Origin: an uncultured Desulfospira sp. | Lineage (GTDB): Bacteria; Desulfobacterota; Desulfobacteria; Desulfobacterales; Desulfobacteraceae | Assembly (NCBI GenBank): GCA_963663165.1 | Contig: OY760175.1 | Location: 352,001 to 416,000, forward strand | Direction: 5' to 3' | Length of the DNA: 64,000 bases | Part shown: one piece after another, positions 30,403 through 40,836 of the stretch | Layout of the letters: each line of letters begins with the position of its first letter | Numbering within the stretch: position 1 is the first letter of the stretch | Made by a program: the position numbers and the translations under genes | Notes under the pieces: generated by a model | Seen by the model: only the letters and a program-made list of their open reading frames with translations | The model's database searches: none | What the model was told of the DNA's origin: nothing

Positions 30403-31836
30403 ATGCCGGTCAAATTAGTGATCATCGGAGCCGGGCCCGGAGGCTATGTGGCGGCACTCAAAGCCGCAGACTTAGGTGCCCAGGTGGTTATAGTGGAAAA
30501 AGAAAACCTTGGGGGCACCTGCCTGAACCACGGGTGTATCCCGTCCAAGATCATGATGCACACGGCCCAGACCCTTTCCGCTTTTCAAAGGGCTTCCCAG
30601 ATCGGCATCCGGGTGGACGGACCCGTGGTCCCGGACATGGAAAGGCTCATGGCCCGCAAAAACCATATCCTGGAGACCCAGAGAAAGGGAATTGCCGCCC
30701 TGCTCAAGTCAAGGGGGATCACCGTGGAACAGGGCCTGGCCCGGCTGGTGTCCAAAGGCATGGTCCAGGTGGCCGGTGAAGACGGGTCAAGCAAAAATCT
30801 TTCCTATGACAAGCTTATTCTTGCACTGGGAACCCGGCCCTATGATGTCCCGGATTTTCCCTTTGACCATGAGAAGATCCTTTCCTCCAACGATATCCTG
30901 GCCCTGGACCGGGTGCCCGAGTCTCTGGCCATTGTGGGGGGCGGGGTGATCGGGTGTGAGTTCGCCTTTATGTTTAACGCCCTGGGCACTAAGGTTACTG
31001 TGGTGGAGGCCCTGTCCCGGCCGCTGCCGCTGCCGTCAGTGGATTCGGACATATCAAAGCTGTTAACCCGGGAAATGAAAAAGCAGAAGATCTCCCTTTT
31101 CTGCGATACCGTGGTTCAGTCTGCCGACACCTCAGGCGCCGGGGTGACCCTGTCTGTTGCCAAAAGCCCGTTTACGGACAACCCCAGGGCCAAAGACCCC
31201 AAAGTTGATCAGATTGAATCCGAACTCGCGGCGGTCTGCATCGGCCGCACCCCGCTGTCCGACGGCATGGGGCTTGAGAACATCGGGCTTAAACCCGGCA
31301 AAGGCGGCTTTATCGAGGTCAACGATGCCATGGAGACCGCCGTTGAAAATGTCTATGCCATTGGCGACATTTTGGGGCCTTCCAGGATCATGCTGGCCCA
31401 TGTGGCCTCCCATGAAGGCATGGTGGCGGCCGAATCCGCCATGGGACTGACATCAAAAATGGCCTATGACGCCGTTCCCGGGGCCATCTTTACCATGCCT
31501 GAAATCGGCACCGTGGGCTTAAGCGAAGATCAGGCCACAGCCAGGGGAATTGATGTTACCACCACCAGCGTGAACTTCAGGGTGCTGGGCAAAGCCCAGG
31601 CCATTGACGACATTGCCGGTCTGGCCAAAATGGTCATTGAAAAGGCGTCGGGAAAAATTCTGGGGGTCCACCTGATGGGGGCCCATGCCACGGATTTGAT
31701 TGCCGAAGCCACCCTGGCCGTTGAAAAAGGACTGACCGCAGCAGAACTTTCCCATACCATCCATGCCCATCCCACCTTAGGGGAGATCATGGGGGAAACG
31801 GCCTCCAAGGCGGCGGGATTTCCCATTCACGGGTGA
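30403..31836 (+). CDS. lpdA: Dihydrolipoyl dehydrogenase
   Basis: GAGPGGY, GGTCLNHGCIPSK, HAHPTLGE. Confidence 0.96.
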   Translation: MPVKLVIIGAGPGGYVAALKAADLGAQVVIVEKENLGGTCLNHGCIPSKIMMHTAQTLSAFQRASQIGIRVDGPVVPDMERLMARKNHILETQRKGIAALLKSRGITVEQGLARLVSKGMVQVAGEDGSSKNLSYDKLILALGTRPYDVPDFPFDHEKILSSNDILALDRVPESLAIVGGGVIGCEFAFMFNALGTKVTVVEALSRPLPLPSVDSDISKLLTREMKKQKISLFCDTVVQSADTSGAGVTLSVAKSPFTDNPRAKDPKVDQIESELAAVCIGRTPLSDGMGLENIGLKPGKGGFIEVNDAMETAVENVYAIGDILGPSRIMLAHVASHEGMVAAESAMGLTSKMAYDAVPGAIFTMPEIGTVGLSEDQATARGIDVTTTSVNFRVLGKAQAIDDIAGLAKMVIEKASGKILGVHLMGAHATDLIAEATLAVEKGLTAAELSHTIHAHPTLGEIMGETASKAAGFPIHG

Positions 31837-31898
31837 AAAGACAACCGGGTAACCGGCATTTATAATCCGGCATGATTTTGGGGCCTCGTTGGTAGATT

Positions 31899-32262
31899 AA
31901 ATGTATAGAATTGGGACTTGGGATATGGGATATGGGACTTGGGTAGGTAAGGGTTTTTCGAATTTATAAAGCAAACACGTAATGATTTCCGATCGCCTTG
32001 TTATGCTAGAATCGAGGGCTTTGCCCTCTTTTTTATATTCTCACGCAAAGGCGCTAAGGCGCAAAGAATACCATTGCCCAAGGGGGTTTAAGCCTTGCGC
32101 CTTAGCGCCTTAGCGAGAGTTCGGTAGTCCAAATAACATGTTGTTTGTGATGGGTAAATCAAACGGGCTCACACGAACTATCGGCTTGGGACTTGGGTAG
32201 GCCGTGGATACGGCAATCCCAAAGTCCCATATCCCAAGTCCCAAATCCATTATATTGGAGAT
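31899..32262. repeat. Composite GGGACTT-family element interrupted by an insert that carries a GCAAAGGC/GCTAAGGC hairpin
   Basis: Flanks match the compact copy at 59824-59920; internal inverted repeat at 32043-32116. Confidence 0.55.
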
Positions 32263-32348
32263 CAAATGGATCATTACAAATGCGGTTCCTCTGAAAAAGA
32301 CAACGAAAAGTCTTGACATCCGTACGATATGCCCCTTAATAAAGTCCC

Positions 32349-33572
32349 ATGGAAAAGAAAATCACCATACTGCTTGAAAAAGGCGTCCAAATTCCTAACC
32401 CGGAATCGGTTTACATCGCAGATGACGTAAACCCGGACCGGATCAGCGGCACCAATGTCGCCATATACGGGGGCTCCAAGATCATGGGCCCCGATTCGCT
32501 GATCATGGAAAATTCTACCATCGGTCTTGAAGCACCGGCCACCCTGGACAACACCCTGGTGGGGAAGAACTGCCGGCTTGCCGGGGGCTTTTTCCAGGGC
32601 GCCGTGTTTGCCGGGGACAACGCCTATGGCTCCGGGGCCCATGTCCGGTCCGGCACCATTCTCGAAGAACAGGCCAATGCCGCCCACACGGTAGGGCTCA
32701 AACAGACCCTGCTGTTTCCCTTTGTCACTCTGGGCAGCCTGATCAACTTTTGCGACTGTTTCATGGCCGGGGGCACGAGCAGAAAGGACCATTCGGAAGT
32801 CGGGTCATCGTTCATCCATTTCAATTACACCCCCAACCAGGACAAGGCCACGGCCTCCATGATGGGCAATGTCCACCAGGGGGTCATGCTGGATCAGCCG
32901 CCTATCTTCTTAGGGGGGCAGGGCGGACTTGTGGGCCCTCTAAGGATCGGATTCGGCTGCATCACGGCCGCAGGCTCAGTGGTGAGAAAAGATGAAGAAA
33001 AAAACAGCATGCTGATTCTCGGGGGAGGGATGAAATCCATATCCGTCCCCCGAAGCCCCATGGTCTACACCCAGATCAGCCGGATTTACAATAGAAACAT
33101 CCAATACATTGCCGGCCTTATTTCCCTGAAAGCCTGGTACGCCCATGTCCGGCCCTTGTTTATCAAAGATCCGCTTTACGGGGAACTGGTCAGGGGAATG
33201 CAACATAACCTGGCGGATCTGATAAAAGAAAGAATTTCCCGGCTTGGCAAATTTTGTCAGAATCTGGCCGGTTCTAAAGAAATTCTAACATCAGGCAAAA
33301 GAAATTCTAACCAGGCTGATCCTAGAATTGCCGATCATGACAAGGCCATTGAGGCCTTTAAAAAAGCAGAACCGGCCTTTGCTGCGGCCCTGGCAGCAGA
33401 CCCGGTAAACAAGGATGGAAAAGCCCTGATCTGTGCGGTTGAATCCGGCATCCACCAAACCGGCAACGACTATATTCAGGTGATCCAGGACCTGGGTCCC
33501 AGGGCAAAACAGGCCGGAACGCGGTGGCTGTATGAAATTGAAACCGGGATTACAGCGCAATTAATGATTTAG
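32349..33572 (+). CDS. GlmU-like protein (left-handed beta-helix acetyltransferase-type domain, no N-terminal uridylyltransferase)
   Basis: GVQIPNPESVYI, hexapeptide-like repeats, FNY..QDK, AAGSVV; directly upstream of glmM. Confidence 0.7.
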   Translation: MEKKITILLEKGVQIPNPESVYIADDVNPDRISGTNVAIYGGSKIMGPDSLIMENSTIGLEAPATLDNTLVGKNCRLAGGFFQGAVFAGDNAYGSGAHVRSGTILEEQANAAHTVGLKQTLLFPFVTLGSLINFCDCFMAGGTSRKDHSEVGSSFIHFNYTPNQDKATASMMGNVHQGVMLDQPPIFLGGQGGLVGPLRIGFGCITAAGSVVRKDEEKNSMLILGGGMKSISVPRSPMVYTQISRIYNRNIQYIAGLISLKAWYAHVRPLFIKDPLYGELVRGMQHNLADLIKERISRLGKFCQNLAGSKEILTSGKRNSNQADPRIADHDKAIEAFKKAEPAFAAALAADPVNKDGKALICAVESGIHQTGNDYIQVIQDLGPRAKQAGTRWLYEIETGITAQLMI

Positions 33573-33595
33573 GGCAGGGTTAAAAAGGAAAGTCA

Positions 33596-34960
33596 ATGAG
33601 CCAGCTTTTTGGAACAGACGGTATCAGGGGAAGGGCTAACTGCTACCCCATCACCTGTGATATTGCAATGAAAACCGGCCGGGCCGTTGGAGATTTTATC
33701 CTGCAGTCCGGGTTCAGCCGCCTTGTCATCGGCAAAGACACCCGGATATCAGGGGATATGCTCGAAGCCGGCATTGCCGCAGGAGCTGCATCGGCCGGGG
33801 TGGATGTGCTGCTGGCCGGGGTGATCCCCACCCCGGGCGTGGCTTTCCTGTGCACAAGCCTTGAAGGGGTCGGGGCCGGGGTGGTGATTTCTGCCTCCCA
33901 CAATCCCTACTATGACAACGGGATTAAAATCTTCGGGCAGGGCGGCATCAAACTCACCGATGACCAGGAAGAAAGCATTGAAGCGGCCATTTTAAGCCCG
34001 GCAGATCCCGTGGCAGACGTCCCGTCAGAAAAAATCGGCAAAATCCAGCCCCTGTCCGACAGCCTTGAGCAGTACGCCCATTTTCTTAAATCAAAATTTT
34101 CTTTCATGGTGTCCCCGGAAGGACCGGCATCCCAAAAACTCAACATTGTCCTGGATGCGTCCAACGGGGCAGCGTCCAAAATGGTTCACCTGGTGTTTTC
34201 CCCTGACCGGTTTGACGCCGCCATCATCCATGACGCCCCGGACGGCTATAACATCAATGACAACTGCGGGTCCCAGCACACCGGGGACCTTGAAAAAATG
34301 GTCATGGCAAAGGGGGCTGACATCGGCCTTGCCTTTGACGGCGACGCCGACCGGCTCATTGCCGTGGACGAAACCGGAACAACCATTTCAGGGGACCAGA
34401 TCCTGGCCATCTGCGCCAAATTCGCCAAAGAAAACAAGAAGTTGAAAAACAACATCCTGGTCAGCACCATCATGAGCAACGTGGGCCTGACCCGGGCCCT
34501 GGACGCCATGGACATTGTCCACCTCAAATCCGGTGTGGGCGACCGGAAGGTCCTGGAGGAAATGATCAAATCCCAGGCCGTGATTGGCGGCGAAGATTCC
34601 GGCCACATGATTTTTTTAGAAGAACATTCCACCGGAGACGGCATGCTGTCCGCCTTAAAACTGATCGAGGTGATGCTTTACACCCGACAGTCCTTGTCCG
34701 AGCTTGCCAGGGTCATGCAGGTCTTCCCCCAGGTGCTGATTAACGTGGAAGTGGACGCCTCACGCCCCGATTTCATGCAGATCCCCCCCATTGCCGAAAC
34801 CATCCAACAGGTGGAATCCGAACTCGGCGACCAGGGCCGTGTTCTGATCCGGTATTCCGGCACCCAGCCCCTGCTCCGGGTCATGGTGGAAGGCCCGGAC
34901 CAGGCCCGGACCCAGGCCCTGTGTGAAAAAATCTGCGCGGCCATCCGGGCGCATATCTGA
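33596..34960 (+). CDS. glmM: Phosphoglucosamine mutase
   Basis: FGTDGIRG, ISASHNP, FDGDADR, GGEDSGH, RYSGTQP. Confidence 0.96.
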   Translation: MSQLFGTDGIRGRANCYPITCDIAMKTGRAVGDFILQSGFSRLVIGKDTRISGDMLEAGIAAGAASAGVDVLLAGVIPTPGVAFLCTSLEGVGAGVVISASHNPYYDNGIKIFGQGGIKLTDDQEESIEAAILSPADPVADVPSEKIGKIQPLSDSLEQYAHFLKSKFSFMVSPEGPASQKLNIVLDASNGAASKMVHLVFSPDRFDAAIIHDAPDGYNINDNCGSQHTGDLEKMVMAKGADIGLAFDGDADRLIAVDETGTTISGDQILAICAKFAKENKKLKNNILVSTIMSNVGLTRALDAMDIVHLKSGVGDRKVLEEMIKSQAVIGGEDSGHMIFLEEHSTGDGMLSALKLIEVMLYTRQSLSELARVMQVFPQVLINVEVDASRPDFMQIPPIAETIQQVESELGDQGRVLIRYSGTQPLLRVMVEGPDQARTQALCEKICAAIRAHI

Positions 34961-35008
34961 ATAAGCTGTGGGATCCAACTGAATCTATATGTTCAGCCGT
35001 TCTCTTAT

Positions 35009-35221
35009 TCAGGCCGGTTCCCGGCGGCAGTCAACAATAGCATAAATTTTTATTTCTTCTTTTGAAACGTTATAATAAACGGCAAAGGGGAATCGTTCAG
35101 ATAATTGAGGAACCGGTATCTGATTTTGATTTCTGCAAAGATCCCGCCATAATTCTTCCATTACTTGAAGTTTTTCTTTTACAGTCGTTTTTTCTATTGC
35201 AGGCGTCGGCATAGCATACAC
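35009..35221 (-). pseudogene. In-frame fusion of remnants: addiction-module antitoxin N-terminus + ParE/RelE toxin C-terminus
   Basis: KEKLQVMEELWRDL..PVPQ joined directly to RFPFAVYY...IYAIVDCRREP. Confidence 0.65.
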
Positions 35222-35237
35222 CTATACGGCATCCTCA

Positions 35238-35270
35238 GTTTCAATCCACGCCCCCGTGGGAGGGGGCGAC
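35238..35270 (-). CRISPR. Solitary type I-C-like CRISPR repeat
   Basis: + strand GTTTCAATCCACGCCCCCGTGGGAGGGGGCGAC, i.e. GTCGCCCCC...GTGGATTGAAAC on the - strand; single copy, unlike the array repeat. Confidence 0.7.
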
Positions 35271-35308
35271 AGGAACGTATCATACTGTTCGCATATCAAA
35301 AAACTCGC

Positions 35309-35337
35309 TTGACCATCACCTAATATGGTTATAATAT
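35309..35337 (+). promoter_or_regulatory. Sigma70-type promoter of the TA operon (probably leaderless mRNA)
   Basis: TTGACC-17 nt-TAATAT ending 6 nt before ATG 35344; no SD. Confidence 0.55.
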
Positions 35338-35343
35338 AACCTT

Positions 35344-35610
35344 ATGAAATATGAGGTCAAAATAAAGAAGAAAATTCTTCGTGATTTAGAGAAACTGCCG
35401 CTATCTGTTAAAAAGTTGCTGTTTTTATTGATTGAAGACCTCAAAGAAGATGGACCGATACAAAAAAATTGGCATAACTTTTCTCCTTTAGGAAAAGAAA
35501 CATACCATTGTCATTTAAATTATCGGTATGTGGCTTGCTGGACCTTCCGACAAGGGGAAATCGAAATTGAGGTGTATTATGTTGGCTCTCGTGAAAAAGC
35601 CCCGTATTGA
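35344..35610 (+). CDS. RelE/ParE-superfamily toxin (toxin-first, HigB-like arrangement)
   Basis: 88 aa, MKYEVKIKKKILRDLEKLP start, YHCHL, IEVYYVGSRE end; overlaps a downstream HTH gene. Confidence 0.75.
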   Translation: MKYEVKIKKKILRDLEKLPLSVKKLLFLLIEDLKEDGPIQKNWHNFSPLGKETYHCHLNYRYVACWTFRQGEIEIEVYYVGSREKAPY

Positions 35611-35935
35611 AATTTCCCTTCAAGGAGAGAATGTTAATGAACTCATTGAATGGATAAGCAAAAAATACGAAGTGAATATTCTTGCCTCTGATCAGGAAGA
35701 GAGTATCGCTGTTGAAGAGACTAATTTCTGGCAAGAAATGCAATCGAACAGGATAGGCAATCTTCTTTCTGCTGCCCGGCTTAAAGCGAATTTGTCGCAA
35801 TCTCAACTGGCTGAAAAACTTGGGATACGTCAAAACATGATAAGTGATTATGAAAGAGGTAAACGTCGTCTAACACCTGACATGGCAAAACGGATTGCAC
35901 GGACTCTAAATATTAAAGTTGAAAGAATATATTAA
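35579..35935 (+). CDS. XRE family HTH antitoxin (HigA-like)
   Basis: RBS GAGGTG before ATG 35579; LSQSQLAEKLGIRQNMISDYERGKR HTH. Confidence 0.8.
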   Translation: MLALVKKPRIEISLQGENVNELIEWISKKYEVNILASDQEESIAVEETNFWQEMQSNRIGNLLSAARLKANLSQSQLAEKLGIRQNMISDYERGKRRLTPDMAKRIARTLNIKVERIY

Positions 35936-35936
35936 T

Positions 35937-36063
35937 GCGGACAAGCCACTCCAGCCGACCCGGGGGGCTATCGACTTTTTGAAAGACCCTGGTTTATGAA
36001 AAAAATTGGCTTTTAGAACGCGCTCGGCAATTTGTCCCCGGTCGGTTGAGCTTATCGTTATAG
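35937..36063 (+). repeat. attC-like imperfect palindrome directly after the TA pair (copy B)
   Basis: ACAAGCCACTCCAGCCGACCCGG ... CCGGTCGGTTGAGCTTATCGTTATAG; ends resemble integron-cassette attC boxes. Confidence 0.55.
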
Positions 36064-36188
36064 TGCGACACGAGGTCGCGCTATTGGCTGTTTGGCGGGC
36101 CTGTCAGCCCTGACCAAACCCGGCATTCTCCTGCCGGCACCCTATGTGGCATGATGAGAGATCATTCGGGAACTTTAGCTGTGTCGGT

Positions 36189-39100
36189 GTTTCAATCCTT
36201 GTTGTGATGGATCAGTTTCCGGAGGCCAACGCCGGCTACGTGGCCGTTAGCATTCATTTGGTTTCAATCCTTGTTGTGATGGATCAGTTTCCGGAGGAGA
36301 TATATCTTTCTGGTCAAACACCTATCAAATAAGTTTCAATCCTTGTTGTGATGGATCAGTTTCCGGAGGCATAGAACTTGTTTGCAAGGGAATGGATCCC
36401 GATACCTGTTTCAATCCTTGTTGTGATGGATCAGTTTCCGGAGGCAGGCACATAATAAAGGATGCCTGGTACAGATAAGGTTTCAATCCTTGTTGTGATG
36501 GATCAGTTTCCGGAGGAAGGCTGGATTATGGACTGGCAAGCATTAGATAAGGTTTCAATCCTTGTTGTGATGGATCAGTTTCCGGAGGATGAAATGGAAG
36601 AGATGAAAATCAAATATGTTGGCAAGTTTCAATCCTTGTTGTGATGGATCAGTTTCCGGAGGCCGGTATTCTCTACGGTTGCACAATGCACTTGTTCAGT
36701 TTCAATCCTTGTTGTGATGGATCAGTTTCCGGAGGTGGAGAATTGTCCTTCTCCACGGTTGTTTCCTCAAGGTTTCAATCCTTGTTGTGATGGATCAGTT
36801 TCCGGAGGAGACGATGACCTTGACGCCCAATTGGGAGATGGAACGTTTCAATCCTTGTTGTGATGGATCAGTTTCCGGAGGTGGAGAGAGTCCAGACGAT
36901 GGAAGGCTTTCCATATGTTTCAATCCTTGTTGTGATGGATCAGTTTCCGGAGGAGCGCCAATGTCAGGGATGGCGACAAGCTGGTCAAGTTTCAATCCTT
37001 GTTGTGATGGATCAGTTTCCGGAGGTATGTGCGGCGAGAGGACTGGATCATGAGTTTTGGTTTCAATCCTTGTTGTGATGGATCAGTTTCCGGAGGTGAC
37101 CGCAGGATTTATCCATGACTGCTCCACCTGGGGTTTCAATCCTTGTTGTGATGGATCAGTTTCCGGAGGCCGGAGAAAGTGGAGGTCAACCTCCTGCCGG
37201 CCGGGTTTCAATCCTTGTTGTGATGGATCAGTTTCCGGAGGCGCATCACCGCTCAACTCATAGGTAATGGAATCCAAGTTTCAATCCTTGTTGTGATGGA
37301 TCAGTTTCCGGAGGTTGGCGGTTTTATCCTTCAGGCACCAACAATAGTGATGTTTCAATCCTTGTTGTGATGGATCAGTTTCCGGAGGGCAGATCCGGGA
37401 GTGAATCTAATCGGTACCGCAACGGTTTCAATCCTTGTTGTGATGGATCAGTTTCCGGAGGACTGGCAAGCCCCGCCGAAAACTGGTTCCCGAAATGTTT
37501 CAATCCTTGTTGTGATGGATCAGTTTCCGGAGGTGTTGTGTCTGCTGGTTTAACTGCGGTTGGTAGAAGGTTTCAATCCTTGTTGTGATGGATCAGTTTC
37601 CGGAGGCGAGATTACGGGTTATGTGGCTGATACTCGTCCTGGAGTTTCAATCCTTGTTGTGATGGATCAGTTTCCGGAGGCGATTGTATAAATAAGGAAT
37701 AAGTGTTTTCGATTTTGTTTCAATCCTTGTTGTGATGGATCAGTTTCCGGAGGTATCTTTGAGACCGGGCTTAAGCATGCGTTTTCCGGTTTCAATCCTT
37801 GTTGTGATGGATCAGTTTCCGGAGGGATCATAAGGCGGCCCGGATAATCCAGGCATGCAAAGGTTTCAATCCTTGTTGTGATGGATCAGTTTCCGGAGGC
37901 TAATCGTGATCCGCCCAGATATGACCGGCTTTTGTGTTTCAATCCTTGTTGTGATGGATCAGTTTCCGGAGGGGTGGATGGTGGCCCCGGTGCTGTACCC
38001 CTCACAAAGTTTCAATCCTTGTTGTGATGGATCAGTTTCCGGAGGTCTTTTTCTTAGGGGAAAAATGGCTGGAGTGGGCCAAGTTTCAATCCTTGTTGTG
38101 ATGGATCAGTTTCCGGAGGGAGCCGGGCGTCCATCTTATGGAATTGGTTGAACGGGTTTCAATCCTTGTTGTGATGGATCAGTTTCCGGAGGTGATGTCC
38201 GGGTCGCCATGGAATCCGGCAGGATGGGGTTTCAATCCTTGTTGTGATGGATCAGTTTCCGGAGGCTGAAGAGAAGGGGATTCCCAAACCCCTTAGACGG
38301 GGGTTTCAATCCTTGTTGTGATGGATCAGTTTCCGGAGGGCCCCGTTTGCCAGCCAGGCCCTGGCCGATCAGGGGGGTTTCAATCCTTGTTGTGATGGAT
38401 CAGTTTCCGGAGGCAGCAGCCAGCTGGACGGCAACCAGGTTCTGCTGGAGTTTCAATCCTTGTTGTGATGGATCAGTTTCCGGAGGACCTGCCTTCAATC
38501 AACATGCGGCGGATGAAAGAAAGTTTCAATCCTTGTTGTGATGGATCAGTTTCCGGAGGAAAGATATCCAGATCATCCCTGTTGGAGACTTCTCAAGTTT
38601 CAATCCTTGTTGTGATGGATCAGTTTCCGGAGGTCTATACGGCATTGCCGTATGATTTTATCATGTTCAAGTTTCAATCCTTGTTGTGATGGATCAGTTT
38701 CCGGAGGTGAATCTGGCATTATGAACCAACGAACTTTTATGGCGTTTCAATCCTTGTTGTGATGGATCAGTTTCCGGAGGTGGGGCCTTGCATACGGAAA
38801 CCTCCCGCACAAAAGGGTTTCAATCCTTGTTGTGATGGATCAGTTTCCGGAGGCATCCTATGAATTCAGGTATTGTTCAATGGCCCGGAGTTTCAATCCT
38901 TGTTGTGATGGATCAGTTTCCGGAGGGCGCCGGGCATGAGCATGACGGCGATGCATTGATCGAGTTTCAATCCTTGTTGTGATGGATCAGTTTCCGGAGG
39001 CGGTTCAACAGTTTCAGCTCCCGCCAGACCCTCAGAGTTTCAATCCTTGTTGTGATGGATCAGTTTCCGGAGGGCCGTCGTAGCACTCCGTTGTCAGCCC

Positions 39101-40680
39101 GGCGTCCAGGTTTCAATCCTTGTTGTGATGGATCAGTTTCCGGAGGCGGGTATGCCAGGTATGCCCCTCTTTGTACTGATCTTGTTTCAATCCTTGTTGT
39201 GATGGATCAGTTTCCGGAGGCCGCTGCATGAGCCGGTCATAGTCCTGCCGGGGAAGTTTCAATCCTTGTTGTGATGGATCAGTTTCCGGAGGAGGATGAG
39301 TAAGAATGTTCCAAGAGTATTGGGAAAAGTTTCAATCCTTGTTGTGATGGATCAGTTTCCGGAGGCTCAACCACCTTTGCCCGCCCGTTATACGGTTTGG
39401 GTTTCAATCCTTGTTGTGATGGATCAGTTTCCGGAGGCCATTTCGCCACGGGCAGGGGAAATAGCTTTAATGGAGTTTCAATCCTTGTTGTGATGGATCA
39501 GTTTCCGGAGGGGGAAATTCCCTGCTCAAGCTGCACCTGTGCAATATGTTTCAATCCTTGTTGTGATGGATCAGTTTCCGGAGGTAGTGTGACAGCCGAT
39601 ATTCATCAATTGATTCTTTATGTTTCAATCCTTGTTGTGATGGATCAGTTTCCGGAGGTTGATCCGCTGGCGGCGTCAAGCTGGTATGTGTACTTGTTTC
39701 AATCCTTGTTGTGATGGATCAGTTTCCGGAGGCAGCAATGTCGGTGACACCCTAAAAACACCCAAAAAGTTTCAATTCTTGTTGTGATGGATCAGTTTCC
39801 GGAGGACAGGGTAAAATCCTTTCGTATGCCCGTTGAATCGAGTTTCAATCCTTGTTGTGATGGATCAGTTTCCGGAGGCCAAGGCGCTTCTGGTGGTTCA
39901 TCAAGAGGTCATAGGTTTCAATCCTTGTTGTGATGGATCAGTTTCCGGAGGACCTGAAGAATACTTGTTTTTACACCTTAACTTGAAGTTTCAATCCTTG
40001 TTGTGATGGATCAGTTTCCGGAGGTTGTCAACCGCCTTGTTTATCTCAGGGGTTTGGGCCAGTTTCAATCCTTGTTGTGATGGATCAGTTTCCGGAGGCA
40101 ACACAATAGTGAGGAGTAGGTTTCTATGCGGATGTTTCAATCCTTGTTGTGATGGATCAGTTTCCGGAGGATTATAACGGAAAAAGAGGTCGAGGCATTG
40201 GAAATTGTTTCAATCCTTGTTGTGATGGATCAGTTTCCGGAGGACATGATACACCAAGCTCAACGCCGTCTACCCTGAGTTTCAATCCTTGTTGTGATGG
40301 ATCAGTTTCCGGAGGTGCCTGGCAAGTGATTGAATCTTTGCCGGTAGAAATAGTTTCAATCCTTGTTGTGATGGATCAGTTTCCGGAGGGCCACAGAAAG
40401 GAGAAATACCATGAAAACAGCATTCAGTTTCAATCCTTGTTGTGATGGATCAGTTTCCGGAGGAATATCCGTCAGGTCTTGATGATAGATGTCCAGCGGT
40501 TTCAATCCTTGTTGTGATGGATCAGTTTCCGGAGGAGGGGGTCTTTACCATTAAGTGAGATTGTTAATTACGGTTTCAATCCTTGTTGTGATGGATCAGT
40601 TTCCGGAGGTCCAATGGATACTATATTCAAACCATGACCATGAGTTTCAATCCTTGTTGTGATGGATCAGTTTCCGGAGG
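36189..40680 (-). CRISPR. CRISPR array, 62 repeats / 61 spacers (manual count), 37-bp repeat CCTCCGGAAACTGATCCATCACAACAAGGATTGAAAC
   Basis: Repeats every 71-75 bp; one variant seen (C>T at 39777); orientation from the ATTGAAAC 3' end and the AT-rich leader next to cas4. Confidence 0.98.
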
Positions 40681-40836
40681 AGCATTTTGTCATTATCCAA
40701 TTTAATAAAAACAAGTTAAACGAATTTTCAAAGAACAATATAACTAATGGGTGGAAAAATCTCATCTCTTTTATTTGATTTTTTTTGTCGTAAAGTAGGG
40801 GTAATGGGTTTTTTTCATAAAAAATTCTAATTTAAT
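40681..40836 (-). promoter_or_regulatory. CRISPR leader
   Basis: AT-rich non-coding stretch between the cas4 stop and the first repeat. Confidence 0.75.

Noticed and set aside
34961..35240. Tn7/CAST insertion next to a glm gene
   Set aside because: The neighbour is glmM, not glmS; no tns/tniQ genes or Tn7 ends are seen, and cas3 is intact
36150..36172. Possible degenerate terminal repeat (atgatgagagatcattcggga)
   Set aside because: Weak similarity and wrong spacing from the first true repeat
36445..36551. Two adjacent spacers both ending in AGATAAG
   Set aside because: Only 7 nt shared; compatible with chance
36144..40445. Short ORFs containing VSILVVMDQFPE or FNPCCDGSVSGG
   Set aside because: Translations of the CRISPR repeat
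36189..40680. Self-targeting spacers within the window
   Set aside because: None noticed by eye; an alignment is needed, so absence is not established
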